Positions 9,041 to 18,229 of a DNA stretch of 64,000 nucleotides are shown here, one piece after another. The notes under the pieces are model-generated. The model worked only from the letters and a program-made list of their open reading frames with translations, was not told where the DNA came from and searched no databases. Every line of letters begins with the position of its first letter. Within the stretch, counting starts at the first letter, position 1. Position numbers and translations under genes: made by a program. The stretch covers positions 8,150-72,149 of the forward strand of contig JAKAAW010000001.1 of the NCBI GenBank assembly GCA_021802105.1. The letters run 5' to 3'. The DNA comes from Nanobdellota archaeon (GTDB lineage: Archaea > Nanobdellota > Nanobdellia > Parvarchaeales > Parvarchaeaceae).

Positions 9041-11938
9041 ATGTGACTGTACAATTGCAAAACACCAAACTATTAGATGGATGACTTGGTTCAGGTGCCG
9101 ATGAAGGACGCAGCAAGTTGCGATAAGGGCACGGGAGGCGCAGACGACCGTTGATCGTGCTGTTTTTGAATGCGTGATGCCTGCATGTAAATGCAGATTC
9201 CTTCATACGAAGGAAAGGGAACGCAGGGAACTAAAACATTTTAGTACCTGCAGGAAAAGAAATCAATCGAGATTCCCCCAGTAATGGCGAACGAAAAGGG
9301 AATAGGGCAAACCGAATCCGCAGCAATGCGGAAATGTGGTGCGAATCATGGCCGTATAGAAGGAGGCGAAGTCGACTGGAATGTCGCGTCATAGAGAGTG
9401 ACAACCTCGTAGTCTTCGGAAATGCGGTCATCGTATAGAGTAGCAGAGGTCGATACTCTTCTGTGAATACGGGTGTCAAAAACATCCAACCCTAAATACA
9501 ACCTGAAACCGATAGAGTATAGTAGCGTGAGCGAAAGTTGAAAAGCACTCTTGATGAGAGGGCGAAAAGAACCTGAAATCTAATAGTTATAGTTGTTGCG
9601 GCGCGTTGTGATTGCGTCAATAAATAAGCGTAATCAAGTGTTGCAACATCCTTTTAGCATAAAGGGGCAGGGAGTTTACGAGTACGGCAAGGCTAACGAA
9701 AGGGAGCCGAAGCGAAAGCGAGCACGCAAGTGCCGGTAGGAAACTGCCGTGAGTCGTATTTGTAAGACCCGAAGCCGTGCGATCTATACATGTGCAGGGT
9801 GAAGTGAGGATTACTCTTCATGGAGGCCCGAAAAGGTCGGGAACTATCTCGTCTTTTGACATGTGTATAGGGGCGAAAAACCAATCGTGCACGGCAATAG
9901 CTGGTTCCCATCGAAATATCCCATAGGATAGCTTTTGTCTCGTTGTGTTGAGGGTAAAGATACTGATCGTACAGATAGGGACCGAAAGGTCCCACTGCAC
10001 TGTCAAACTCAGAATATCAACATGGCAAGGGGCAAAAGTTGGGTGTATGGCGTAAAGTTTTACACCGAGAAGGAAAAAACCTAGCCGTGAGTTAAGGCCC
10101 TTAAATGTTGACTAAGTGCAAAAAAAGGAAATCATATCTAAAACAGTTGGGAGGTAGGCTCAGAAGCGGCCATCCTTTAAAAAGTGTGTTACAACTTACC
10201 AACCTAGGTATGACGACCTAAAAATGGACGGGGCTAAGTCAACTGCCGAAACTCACGATTGTCGTAAGACAATGGTAGATGGGCGTGCCTATGGACTAGA
10301 AGTCTGTTCGTAAGGGCAGATGGATCTGTAAGGCATTGAGAATCCTGCCAGGTGTAGCAAAGAAATAGGTGAGAATCCTATCCACCGCATGTGCAAGGGT
10401 TCCTTGTTTTAAGCTTATCTAACAAGGGTTAGTCGGTCCTAAGTGTCGTTTCGAAAGGAACGCCGCAAATGGGAACGCGTTTAATATTACGCGACCACAT
10501 GCGTTTTATCACGTACCACGCGTTGAGATATGCGGAGTGGTCCCGTCGGATCATCCACGGATACGTCGTGTTCGAGAGACGTAATGTCGAGAAGACATGG
10601 AAGTGTCTGTGATGCAGCGATGCATTCGCAGATTCCCAGCGCTAATAAAAACGTACGTGTCATGAACGCAGGTGACCGTACCGAAAACCGACACAGGTGC
10701 ACTGGCTGAGAAGGCTAAGGTGAGGGATTTAAACCGGGTAAGGGAAATCGGCAAATCAGTCCTGTAAGTTCGCAATAAAGGATCCCTGATCTGGTCTTAA
10801 AAGCGAGATCAGGGCGCAGTGACTAGGGGAGTCTAACTGTTTACTAAAAGCATAGCTGACTGCGAGAGAGCAATCTTTAGTACAGTCGGCGACATCTGCC
10901 CAGCACAGGTATCCGAAAGTTCGTTCCAACGGATATAAGGACCTGTTAGCGGCGGAGGTAACTGTGACCTTCTTAAGCAAGCATAATCCATTGCCAATTG
11001 ATTGTTGGCTTGTGAACGATGTAATGAGATTCCCACTGTCCCTACCTGGAAACCCGCGAAACCACCGTCCTGGTGCAAAGGCCAGGGACCTCCACAGGGT
11101 CAAAAAGACCCCAGGAACTTTACTGCAATCTCTTGTTGTAGTATTAAGATGATGGACATAGAGTAAGTAGGAGACGTTATTTCCAACGTTCCGGCGTTGG
11201 GATAGTCGAAAGTGTAACACTACTTCCATTGTCTTATACTGCTTACCTTCGGGGACAGCATGAGACGGGCAGTTTTGCTGGGGTGGCAATCCCACGAAAA
11301 GATAACATGGGAGCCCAAAGGTCATCTTAGGCGGTATAGAAATCCGCTGTTAAGTGCAATGGCAAAAGATGGCTTGACTGTGCGCTGCAATGCAAGGCGC
11401 GCAGAGGCGAAAGCCGGGCATAGCGAACACGAATGTGTGTGTTTTTGACTCCTTCGTATGACAGAAAAGCTACCCTGGGCGTAAGAGAGTTGTTGCGGAC
11501 GATAGTTCATATTGACTTCGCAGCTTGCTCCACAGTCTTTGGCTCTCCCCATCCTGGTTGTGCACAAGCAGCCAAGGGTATAGGTGTTCACTAGTTAAAG
11601 GGGACCGTGAGCTGAGTTTAGGCCGCCGCGAGGCAGGCCGGTAGTTAACTTGTGGAGGTGTTTTGATGCCTGAATGGAAGATTCGACTAGTACGAAAGGA
11701 ACAGCGAGTCGGCGCCTCTAGTTAGCGGTTATCCGACAGGGTAAGCCGCGTAGCCACGCGCTAAGGGCTAAGAGCTGAAAGCATCTAAGCTCGAAACCCC
11801 CCGTAAAAAGAGGCATCGTTGAGGTCGGGGAAAAAGACCCCGTTGATAGAATCGCCGTGTAAGAGCCGAGGCGAAAGCCGAGGTTTTCAGCGGACGATTA
11901 CTAATAAACCAAAATTCTTTGCAATTGTACAGTCACAT
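9041..11938. repeat. Perfect 21-bp inverted repeat flanking the 23S rRNA (processing stem)
   Basis: ATGTGACTGTACAATTGCAAA (9041-9061) and TTTGCAATTGTACAGTCACAT (11918-11938). Confidence 0.92.
9056..11923 (+). rRNA. rrl: 23S rRNA, stand-alone (no adjacent 16S or 5S); ends approximate
   Basis: GCCGATGAAGGACG 5' region, CCGTACCGAAAACCGACACAGGTG, P-loop CTGGGG, A-loop TGTTC (11585-11589), sarcin-ricin loop 11689-11702, GCTGAAAGCATCTAAG. Confidence 0.98.
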
Positions 11939-12010
11939 GGCGTTTGATTTTCTTTTTTTTTAAAATAGCCTATTATTAAGTTATTTAAAAAGAGATAGAG
12001 TAATTCTACT

Positions 12011-13231
12011 ATGTTTGATACCATTACGCTTGAACTGCTAATGTTAGGCATAGCTGGCGTATTAATAATAGGTTTTTTAGGCAGGGCTCTAGCCAAAAAA
12101 ACATCAGTTTCCCATATAATATGGCTAATGGCCTTTGGGATCCTTATAGGGCCAATATTTGGCCTATTAAACAAGACGACTCTTATAAGTTTCTTGCCGA
12201 TGGCTGTTGGATTTGTCATACTTCTGGTCCTTTTTAATGCTGGACTGAATATAAGACTTAATAGGGTAGTTCACAATGCCTCAAGAGGTCTCGCTTTGTC
12301 GTTCGTTGTGTTTTTCGTGACTTTCGTGGCCGTTTCTGCAACAATGTATTTTATTTTCGGCCAGATTATACCCTCTGTACTGATGGGCCTTATAGTCGGC
12401 GGTATAAGCCTATCAGCAAACAGGAAACATAACGTTACATCTGAGAGAGTGAGCGTAACGATGAGTTTAGAATCCGCTATAGAAGAGCCGATGACTATAA
12501 TACTCGCGCTTGTTCTTATAAGCGCAGTCCTTATAACAGGGCCTTCGCTGACCGTCGGATACGTTTCAGGTGAGATAATCTCAAATTTCTCAATAGGAAT
12601 CGTTTTGGGGGCAGTAGTGGGCATGGCGTGGGTACCTATAATGAGTCATCTGCAGAGAAAGAAGTATGAGTATTCATATGTGGCTTCTCTGGCAATCGTT
12701 TTCCTACTATATATAGTAGTGCAAGTACTTGGTGGAAGCGGACCTATGTCTGCTTTAGTGTTCGGTATATTTATATCCAATGGTGAGGCGATATTTCGTT
12801 CGCTAAAATATAGGCATAGCACATCTTTCACTTTCACAAAGGAGTCCAAGAATTTCAATGACTTGGTCACTTTCCTTACTATATCTTTCTTTTTCGTGTA
12901 TTTCGGTGCACTGGTTGATATAACGAACTATCTCGCTTTTGCCATAGGTATAGCTATATCTTTAGTCATACTTCTAGCGAGGCAGGCAGGCACACGACTC
13001 GCTCTCTCAGGATCTGATTTTTCTGCTAAAGAAAAATCTATAATATCCTCTATGACGTCCAGGGGGATAGGCGCGGCAGTTATAGCAGCTCTCCCAATAA
13101 GCTATGCGATAAAAGGCACGTCCTATTTTATAGATGTAGTCTTCTCCGTGATAATATTTACACTGATCATAAACAGTGTACTTCTTCATATGTCTGCGCG
13201 CGTTAAAGAGGACTCAGCAAATGGCAGCTGA
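12011..13231 (+). CDS. Cation:proton antiporter, CPA1/NhaP-like
   Basis: About 13 TM helices; GILIGPIFG, LFNAGL, LES, FFFVYFG, RG..AAV.A motifs. Confidence 0.85.
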   Translation: MFDTITLELLMLGIAGVLIIGFLGRALAKKTSVSHIIWLMAFGILIGPIFGLLNKTTLISFLPMAVGFVILLVLFNAGLNIRLNRVVHNASRGLALSFVVFFVTFVAVSATMYFIFGQIIPSVLMGLIVGGISLSANRKHNVTSERVSVTMSLESAIEEPMTIILALVLISAVLITGPSLTVGYVSGEIISNFSIGIVLGAVVGMAWVPIMSHLQRKKYEYSYVASLAIVFLLYIVVQVLGGSGPMSALVFGIFISNGEAIFRSLKYRHSTSFTFTKESKNFNDLVTFLTISFFFVYFGALVDITNYLAFAIGIAISLVILLARQAGTRLALSGSDFSAKEKSIISSMTSRGIGAAVIAALPISYAIKGTSYFIDVVFSVIIFTLIINSVLLHMSARVKEDSANGS

Positions 13232-14510
13232 CCCAGTATCCTTCATTTTGTCGCTGGCCGCGCTTATAATATTGCTTGGCTTCATAGGAGAAGAGATATT
13301 CAAGAGAACTCATGTGCCCTCATTTCTTTTCCTCGTCTTTGCAGGTTTTATAATGGGGCCTGTTTTTGGTCTGATAAATGAGAGCCTTCTGGCGCCAGTA
13401 CTTAGCATTTTTGCCGAGTTGACACTTATTATGGTACTTTTCCACGGAGGGATAGACCTAAAGCTTAACACCGTGCTCAAGGAAGGCTGGAGAGTTTTCC
13501 TGCAGGTATTCCTGTACATATCCGTAAGCGCCGTGTTCATAGTAATTGTATCTTTCTTTGTACTGCACCTCAATATAATATTGTCCCTAATCTTGGCTTC
13601 GATAATTGGAGGGGAAACCACAGCGGTTGTCGTGATACCTCTTTCGAGAGAGTTAAAGATCAGAGACAGCAGCGTGGCCTTCTTGACATTCGAATCAGCG
13701 CTGAATTCCATAGTTCTGGTTATACTTTTCTTAACTTTCGTAAGCATTTACCAGGGAAGCGTTGGCACAGCAGGCCTGGCTGGCACAGGATTGGGTTTCA
13801 GCGAGTTATACACTACTGCTACTTCAGTAACGTCCTCTTTTTCAATAGGCATAGTCATAGGCTTAGTCTTGTCGGTTCTTTGGGTGTACCTGCTGAATTA
13901 CCTTAAAGGGAGGAATTACACGTACGTTCTTACCCTTGGCCTTTTGTTTCTCACTTTCTCTTTAACAAATTACGCCGGCGGCAGCGGGTTCCTTGCGGTT
14001 ATAATATTCGGAACCATCTTAGGAAATCATACTTTCATCAGCGGACTTCTGAAGAAAAAGGTAAGGATGGGCAACTTGGAAAAACAATTATTCCATCTTC
14101 AAGGGGAGATAACGTTCATGCTTAAGACGTTCTTTTTCGTATTTCTTGGTTTAATAATCAGCCTTTCCTTCTCCAACCTTATATTTGGCCTTTCAATCGG
14201 TGTTGCTTTTCTGATAGTCCTGCTAGCATCGCGTTACATGGCAGTGTCTATATCTACCTTTAAGTCCGACATGAAGAATGATAAGAAAGCTATGGTCATC
14301 TCACTAGCTCAAGGACTTACTCCAGCAACGCTTGCAACTCTGGCTGTAAGTTACAATATAGCTCACGCTGGTACATTCCTAGTGATAACTACATATGTGA
14401 TAATACTAACAAATGTAGTGACAACGGTAGGTTCATTCATGATACTGCGCAAGAACAAGAAATCGGGTGTAGGCACATCAGCAAAACAGATTAAGCCTAA
14501 AAATAAATAA
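13221..14510 (+). CDS. Cation:proton antiporter, CPA1/NhaP-like (tandem paralog)
   Basis: GFIMGPVFG, LFHGG, FESALN, TFFFVFLG, QGLTPATLA; start re-called at 13221. Confidence 0.85.
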   Translation: MAADPVSFILSLAALIILLGFIGEEIFKRTHVPSFLFLVFAGFIMGPVFGLINESLLAPVLSIFAELTLIMVLFHGGIDLKLNTVLKEGWRVFLQVFLYISVSAVFIVIVSFFVLHLNIILSLILASIIGGETTAVVVIPLSRELKIRDSSVAFLTFESALNSIVLVILFLTFVSIYQGSVGTAGLAGTGLGFSELYTTATSVTSSFSIGIVIGLVLSVLWVYLLNYLKGRNYTYVLTLGLLFLTFSLTNYAGGSGFLAVIIFGTILGNHTFISGLLKKKVRMGNLEKQLFHLQGEITFMLKTFFFVFLGLIISLSFSNLIFGLSIGVAFLIVLLASRYMAVSISTFKSDMKNDKKAMVISLAQGLTPATLATLAVSYNIAHAGTFLVITTYVIILTNVVTTVGSFMILRKNKKSGVGTSAKQIKPKNK

Positions 14511-14590
14511 ATCAGAACTAAAACCGTATAATAGACTCAAAAACTAAGTCATCACTAAAAGTTGATAAAGCATAAATTACTATAAATTTA

Positions 14591-15991
14591 ATGCGCTATA
14601 GGGAAGAGCACGATTATTTAGGTGATGTGGCAGTGCCATACGATGCGTACTGGGGCGCGCAAACTCAGAGAGCGATTGATAATTTTCCCATATCTGGCAT
14701 AAAGCCCATAAAAGAATACACTTACGCGATAATTCTTATCAAAAAAGCAGCGGCCGAAGCAAACTATCAAGCAGGTCTAATAAGCCGAAAGATTTCTAGA
14801 GCTATAGTAAGGGCTGCTGATGAGGCTCTGGCCGGAAACTTAGACGATCAATTCGTGGTGGACATATACCAAGCAGGGGAGGGCACTTCCAACAACATGA
14901 ATGTCAACGAAGTTCTTGCAAATAGGGCAATAGAGCTGTTGGGGGGGAACAAAGGTGACTATTCTCTTGTCCATCCGAACGACCATGTAAACATGGGACA
15001 GTCCTCCAATGACGTTATCCCTACTGCAATAAAAATCGCAGCTATGAAGCTAGTACCCGATCTTTTATCTTCCATGTCCATGCTCTCGAAGGAGTTTGCT
15101 TTGAAGGGAAAACAGTTTGATAGTGTAATAAAAAGCGGAAGAACACATATGATGGATGCTGCGCCGATACGGCTTGGTCAAGAATTCATGGCATGGTCTG
15201 ATTTGCTCAATGAGTCGATAAAAAGAATAGATTCCGCAGCAAAGTCGCTTCTTGATATAAATTTAGGTGCCACTGCAGTTGGCACAGGCGTTAATGCCGA
15301 TCCTATCTATACAAAGACAGCTATAATCAAACTTTCATCTTATACAGGATTAAAACTGAGAAAAGCAACCGATCTACCGGCAGTTACAGAGTCTCCATCC
15401 GATCTGATGGCACTGTCAAGTGCACTTAGGATATTCAGTGCGGACATGACAAAGATATCAAATGACATACGGCTGATGAATTCTGGTCCAATAACTGGGC
15501 TTGCAGAGATTACCTTGCCTGCTGTGCAGCCAGGTTCATCGATAATGCCAGGTAAAGTGAACCCGAGTGTTATAGAGATGATGAACATGGTGTGCTTTAG
15601 GGTTATCGGTGATGATGATACAGTGACACTTGCGACTCAGGCAGGACAGTTGGAGCTTAATGTTATGGAACCTCTGATAGCGTACTGCTTGCTTCATGAC
15701 TTAAAGATATTAAGAAACGCGATAGACGTTTTCACTGAAAGAGCAATAAAAGGCTTGAAGGTGAATAAGAGAAAAATGGAAAGTATAGCCTACCATGACC
15801 CCGGCATGGCACTTCTACTGAACCCATATATAGGCTATGAAAAAGCAGCCAGATTGGTGAAAAAAGCTGTAGCCGAAAATAAGAGCATAAAAGAAGTTGC
15901 AAATGAGAGTGGCCTGCTGGATAAAAAACTTATAGATAAAATATTTGATCCATACAGTCTAACAACCCCTAAGAGGCTTAAACGCAGATGA
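14591..15991 (+). CDS. Aspartate ammonia-lyase / class II fumarase family
   Basis: GSSIMPGKVNP signature, HPNDHVNMGQSSND, GRTH; QAGEGTS is closer to AspA than FumC but specificity is not resolvable. Confidence 0.88.
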   Translation: MRYREEHDYLGDVAVPYDAYWGAQTQRAIDNFPISGIKPIKEYTYAIILIKKAAAEANYQAGLISRKISRAIVRAADEALAGNLDDQFVVDIYQAGEGTSNNMNVNEVLANRAIELLGGNKGDYSLVHPNDHVNMGQSSNDVIPTAIKIAAMKLVPDLLSSMSMLSKEFALKGKQFDSVIKSGRTHMMDAAPIRLGQEFMAWSDLLNESIKRIDSAAKSLLDINLGATAVGTGVNADPIYTKTAIIKLSSYTGLKLRKATDLPAVTESPSDLMALSSALRIFSADMTKISNDIRLMNSGPITGLAEITLPAVQPGSSIMPGKVNPSVIEMMNMVCFRVIGDDDTVTLATQAGQLELNVMEPLIAYCLLHDLKILRNAIDVFTERAIKGLKVNKRKMESIAYHDPGMALLLNPYIGYEKAARLVKKAVAENKSIKEVANESGLLDKKLIDKIFDPYSLTTPKRLKRR

Positions 15992-15994
15992 AAC

Positions 15995-16669
15995 CTATCT
16001 TAGAGGTTCAGCAAGTTCTAATATAACATTTTTGAAGTCTGTGGCTTCCATCACGCCAGAGGCCACAAGTATGCCTTCGCTCCCTAGCTCAACGCTCGTC
16101 TTTACGTCGTTTGCGGTCTTTATGCCTGCTCCAATAAGCGGTAAGACCCCCGATACGTTTTTGACTATGTCGCAGAATTCTTTGACCATCTCTGGTTTTG
16201 CTGTAGACACGGATATATCTCCCCCTATAAGTTCTGGTGGTTCATACGCTATCGCAGTAGGCCTTAATTTCAGGACTTCTCCAGCCTCTGATACATTTTG
16301 TACACATACGTATGTAAATAATCCGTTCTGTTTACATGCATCAATCGCTTTCCCAAGTCTTGCATAGTCTATATTTTCGCCCTCAGATACATACCTATAT
16401 TCCGAGTGGTTCAGAAGCGTCCCTGTACTCCCGCTTTTCTTTATCTCATACCATGATACGTGCGCAGTGAATGCTCCAGGACCTTTGTCGTCAATACTCT
16501 GCGCTATTGTCTTAACCATTTTTGAGCTCTCTCTAAGAAGAGTGAATGGCGGCGCTACAATCACATCAACACCAGTTTTCTCTGAGACCTCAGCTGCTGC
16601 TTTCGCTATGTCGAGTCCCAGATCCACGCCTTCCTTGTAGGCCTTGTAATTAATTATGAAGCTTTTCAT
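15995..16669 (-). CDS. tpiA: Triosephosphate isomerase, archaeal type
   Basis: NYKAY, LLNHSE, AYEPPELIG, GAGI, GILVASG. Confidence 0.96.
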   Translation of the reverse strand: MKSFIINYKAYKEGVDLGLDIAKAAAEVSEKTGVDVIVAPPFTLLRESSKMVKTIAQSIDDKGPGAFTAHVSWYEIKKSGSTGTLLNHSEYRYVSEGENIDYARLGKAIDACKQNGLFTYVCVQNVSEAGEVLKLRPTAIAYEPPELIGGDISVSTAKPEMVKEFCDIVKNVSGVLPLIGAGIKTANDVKTSVELGSEGILVASGVMEATDFKNVILELAEPLR

Positions 16670-17486
16670 ATTTGTCTAAGAAATAACAACCTTTTATAAC
16701 ATAAAACTTTCCCCTAACTACTTTTATGGGCAGTTTTCCACGTATCGTCTCTTTTTTAATAGTAGCTTTCACGGCGTCTTTCATGAATTTCCATGAGTTG
16801 CTAAAGCTGCCTCCAAGTATCACTATCTCTGGATCAAAGACGTACGATAAGGATGATAGATATCGCCCGAATATCTCCCCTATATCATAAAAAGCTTTTA
16901 TTGCATTTTTGTCTCCTGCTTCTGCCAGACGATGAAGGTCAATACCACTGTAGCCATATCTCTTTTTTATATATTCTCCCCCTATCAAGGACTCAATGTC
17001 TTCTTTAGGCGTTCTCATAGTCTTGATGTGTCCTATCTCAGAAGCAAGGCCAGCTCCATGGTATATCTCCCCGTCAGAGACCAAAGATCCCCCTACTCCA
17101 GTGCCCCAAACCACTATCAATCCGCACCTTTTCTCTCTTAAGATGCCTTTGAATATTTCATAAGCTGCAAAACAGTTTGCATCATTCTCTATGTTTATGT
17201 GCTTGAAATATTTTCTTGCCTGTTTTGACATCTGAAACCCCCTTAAAGGGAGATTAGGAGAGTATATTATCTTACCATTTTTATTAGCCCTGCCTGCTAT
17301 TGATATATTCACTGTATCAGAATATACCTTAAAGGTTTCAAAGTTCGTGTCAAGAAATTTTTTGAATTCTGCTGCAGTTTTTGGTGATTCCTCATAGACC
17401 TGTTTTACGACTTTAAGATCCCCATCCACCGCTGCGAATATCGTTTTTGTGCCGCCGATATCTACACAGACCTTAACTTCTTTCAT
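16650..17486 (-). CDS. ROK family sugar kinase (probable glucokinase)
   Basis: DIGGT, ENDAN, GTGVGG, EIGH. Confidence 0.88.
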   Translation of the reverse strand: MKEVKVCVDIGGTKTIFAAVDGDLKVVKQVYEESPKTAAEFKKFLDTNFETFKVYSDTVNISIAGRANKNGKIIYSPNLPLRGFQMSKQARKYFKHINIENDANCFAAYEIFKGILREKRCGLIVVWGTGVGGSLVSDGEIYHGAGLASEIGHIKTMRTPKEDIESLIGGEYIKKRYGYSGIDLHRLAEAGDKNAIKAFYDIGEIFGRYLSSLSYVFDPEIVILGGSFSNSWKFMKDAVKATIKKETIRGKLPIKVVRGKFYVIKGCYFLDKYEKLHN

Positions 17487-17491
17487 AAATC

Positions 17492-18229
17492 TCAGACAGA
17501 CTTGATTATCTCCCTGATTTTCTTTATTCTAGTTATCGGGTCATTGCTTTGCCATACGTTCCTTCCGACGGCGACACCGCTGAAGCCAGAAGATATGACT
17601 TCCTCTACATGTTTTTCAAACTCTTCATCCGTTGTGGCTTTTCCACCCGCCATAAAGACCTTTGTTTTTCCTGCAGACTCCACTATCCATTTGAGTTTTG
17701 AATTGTCATTAGGATATTTCAGTTTTACTATATCTGCCCCCATCTCCATAGCTATTCTTGCCGCATAAGCTACAATTTCAGGCGCCTCATCATCAGCTAT
17801 TGCTTTTCCCCTTGGGTAAGACCACATTATAACCGGTAAACCGTATTTGTGCGCTTCTTCTTCTATCCTCCCGAACTCTTGCAACATAACTTGCTCATAC
17901 TCACTTCCAGCATACACAGTGTAACCGACAGCCGATGCTCCAATATCTATAGCTTCTTTGACATTGCATACCTGTGTTGATAATGGCTCCCCACTTCGCA
18001 GGTTAGTTTTCTGGTTTAATTTTACTATAAGAGGCACACCCATGCCCTTTTTGTAATAAGCCCTGGCAGTACCCTTCAGTAGAACGAGCGCATCGACCTC
18101 AGCTTTTTCCGCTATTTCGATTATACTCAAGGGGGAAACTGTCTTTTCGTCAAAATCTTTTGGTCCGTGCTCCATCCCATGGTCATACGCCAGATATATC
18201 CCTTCAGTCTTAAATTTATTGTTCACCAT
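17492..18229 (-). CDS. fba: Class I (DhnA/archaeal IA) fructose-bisphosphate aldolase
   Basis: AYDHGMEHGP, WSYPRG, GADIVK Schiff-base Lys, AGG, GRNVWQ. Confidence 0.9.
   Translation of the reverse strand: MVNNKFKTEGIYLAYDHGMEHGPKDFDEKTVSPLSIIEIAEKAEVDALVLLKGTARAYYKKGMGVPLIVKLNQKTNLRSGEPLSTQVCNVKEAIDIGASAVGYTVYAGSEYEQVMLQEFGRIEEEAHKYGLPVIMWSYPRGKAIADDEAPEIVAYAARIAMEMGADIVKLKYPNDNSKLKWIVESAGKTKVFMAGGKATTDEEFEKHVEEVISSGFSGVAVGRNVWQSNDPITRIKKIREIIKSV

Noticed and set aside
9231-11591. A dozen short ORFs inside 9.2-11.6 kb
   Set aside because: They lie within the 23S rRNA and have no protein motifs
11470-11650. PTC changes as pseudogene decay or sequencing error
   Set aside because: Changes are pairwise compensatory, there are no indels, catalytic residues are spared, and the promoter and terminal stem are intact; read-level confirmation is still needed
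9056-11923. Intron or homing endonuclease in the 23S
   Set aside because: Length of about 2.87 kb is normal and no LAGLIDADG-type ORF or large insertion is seen
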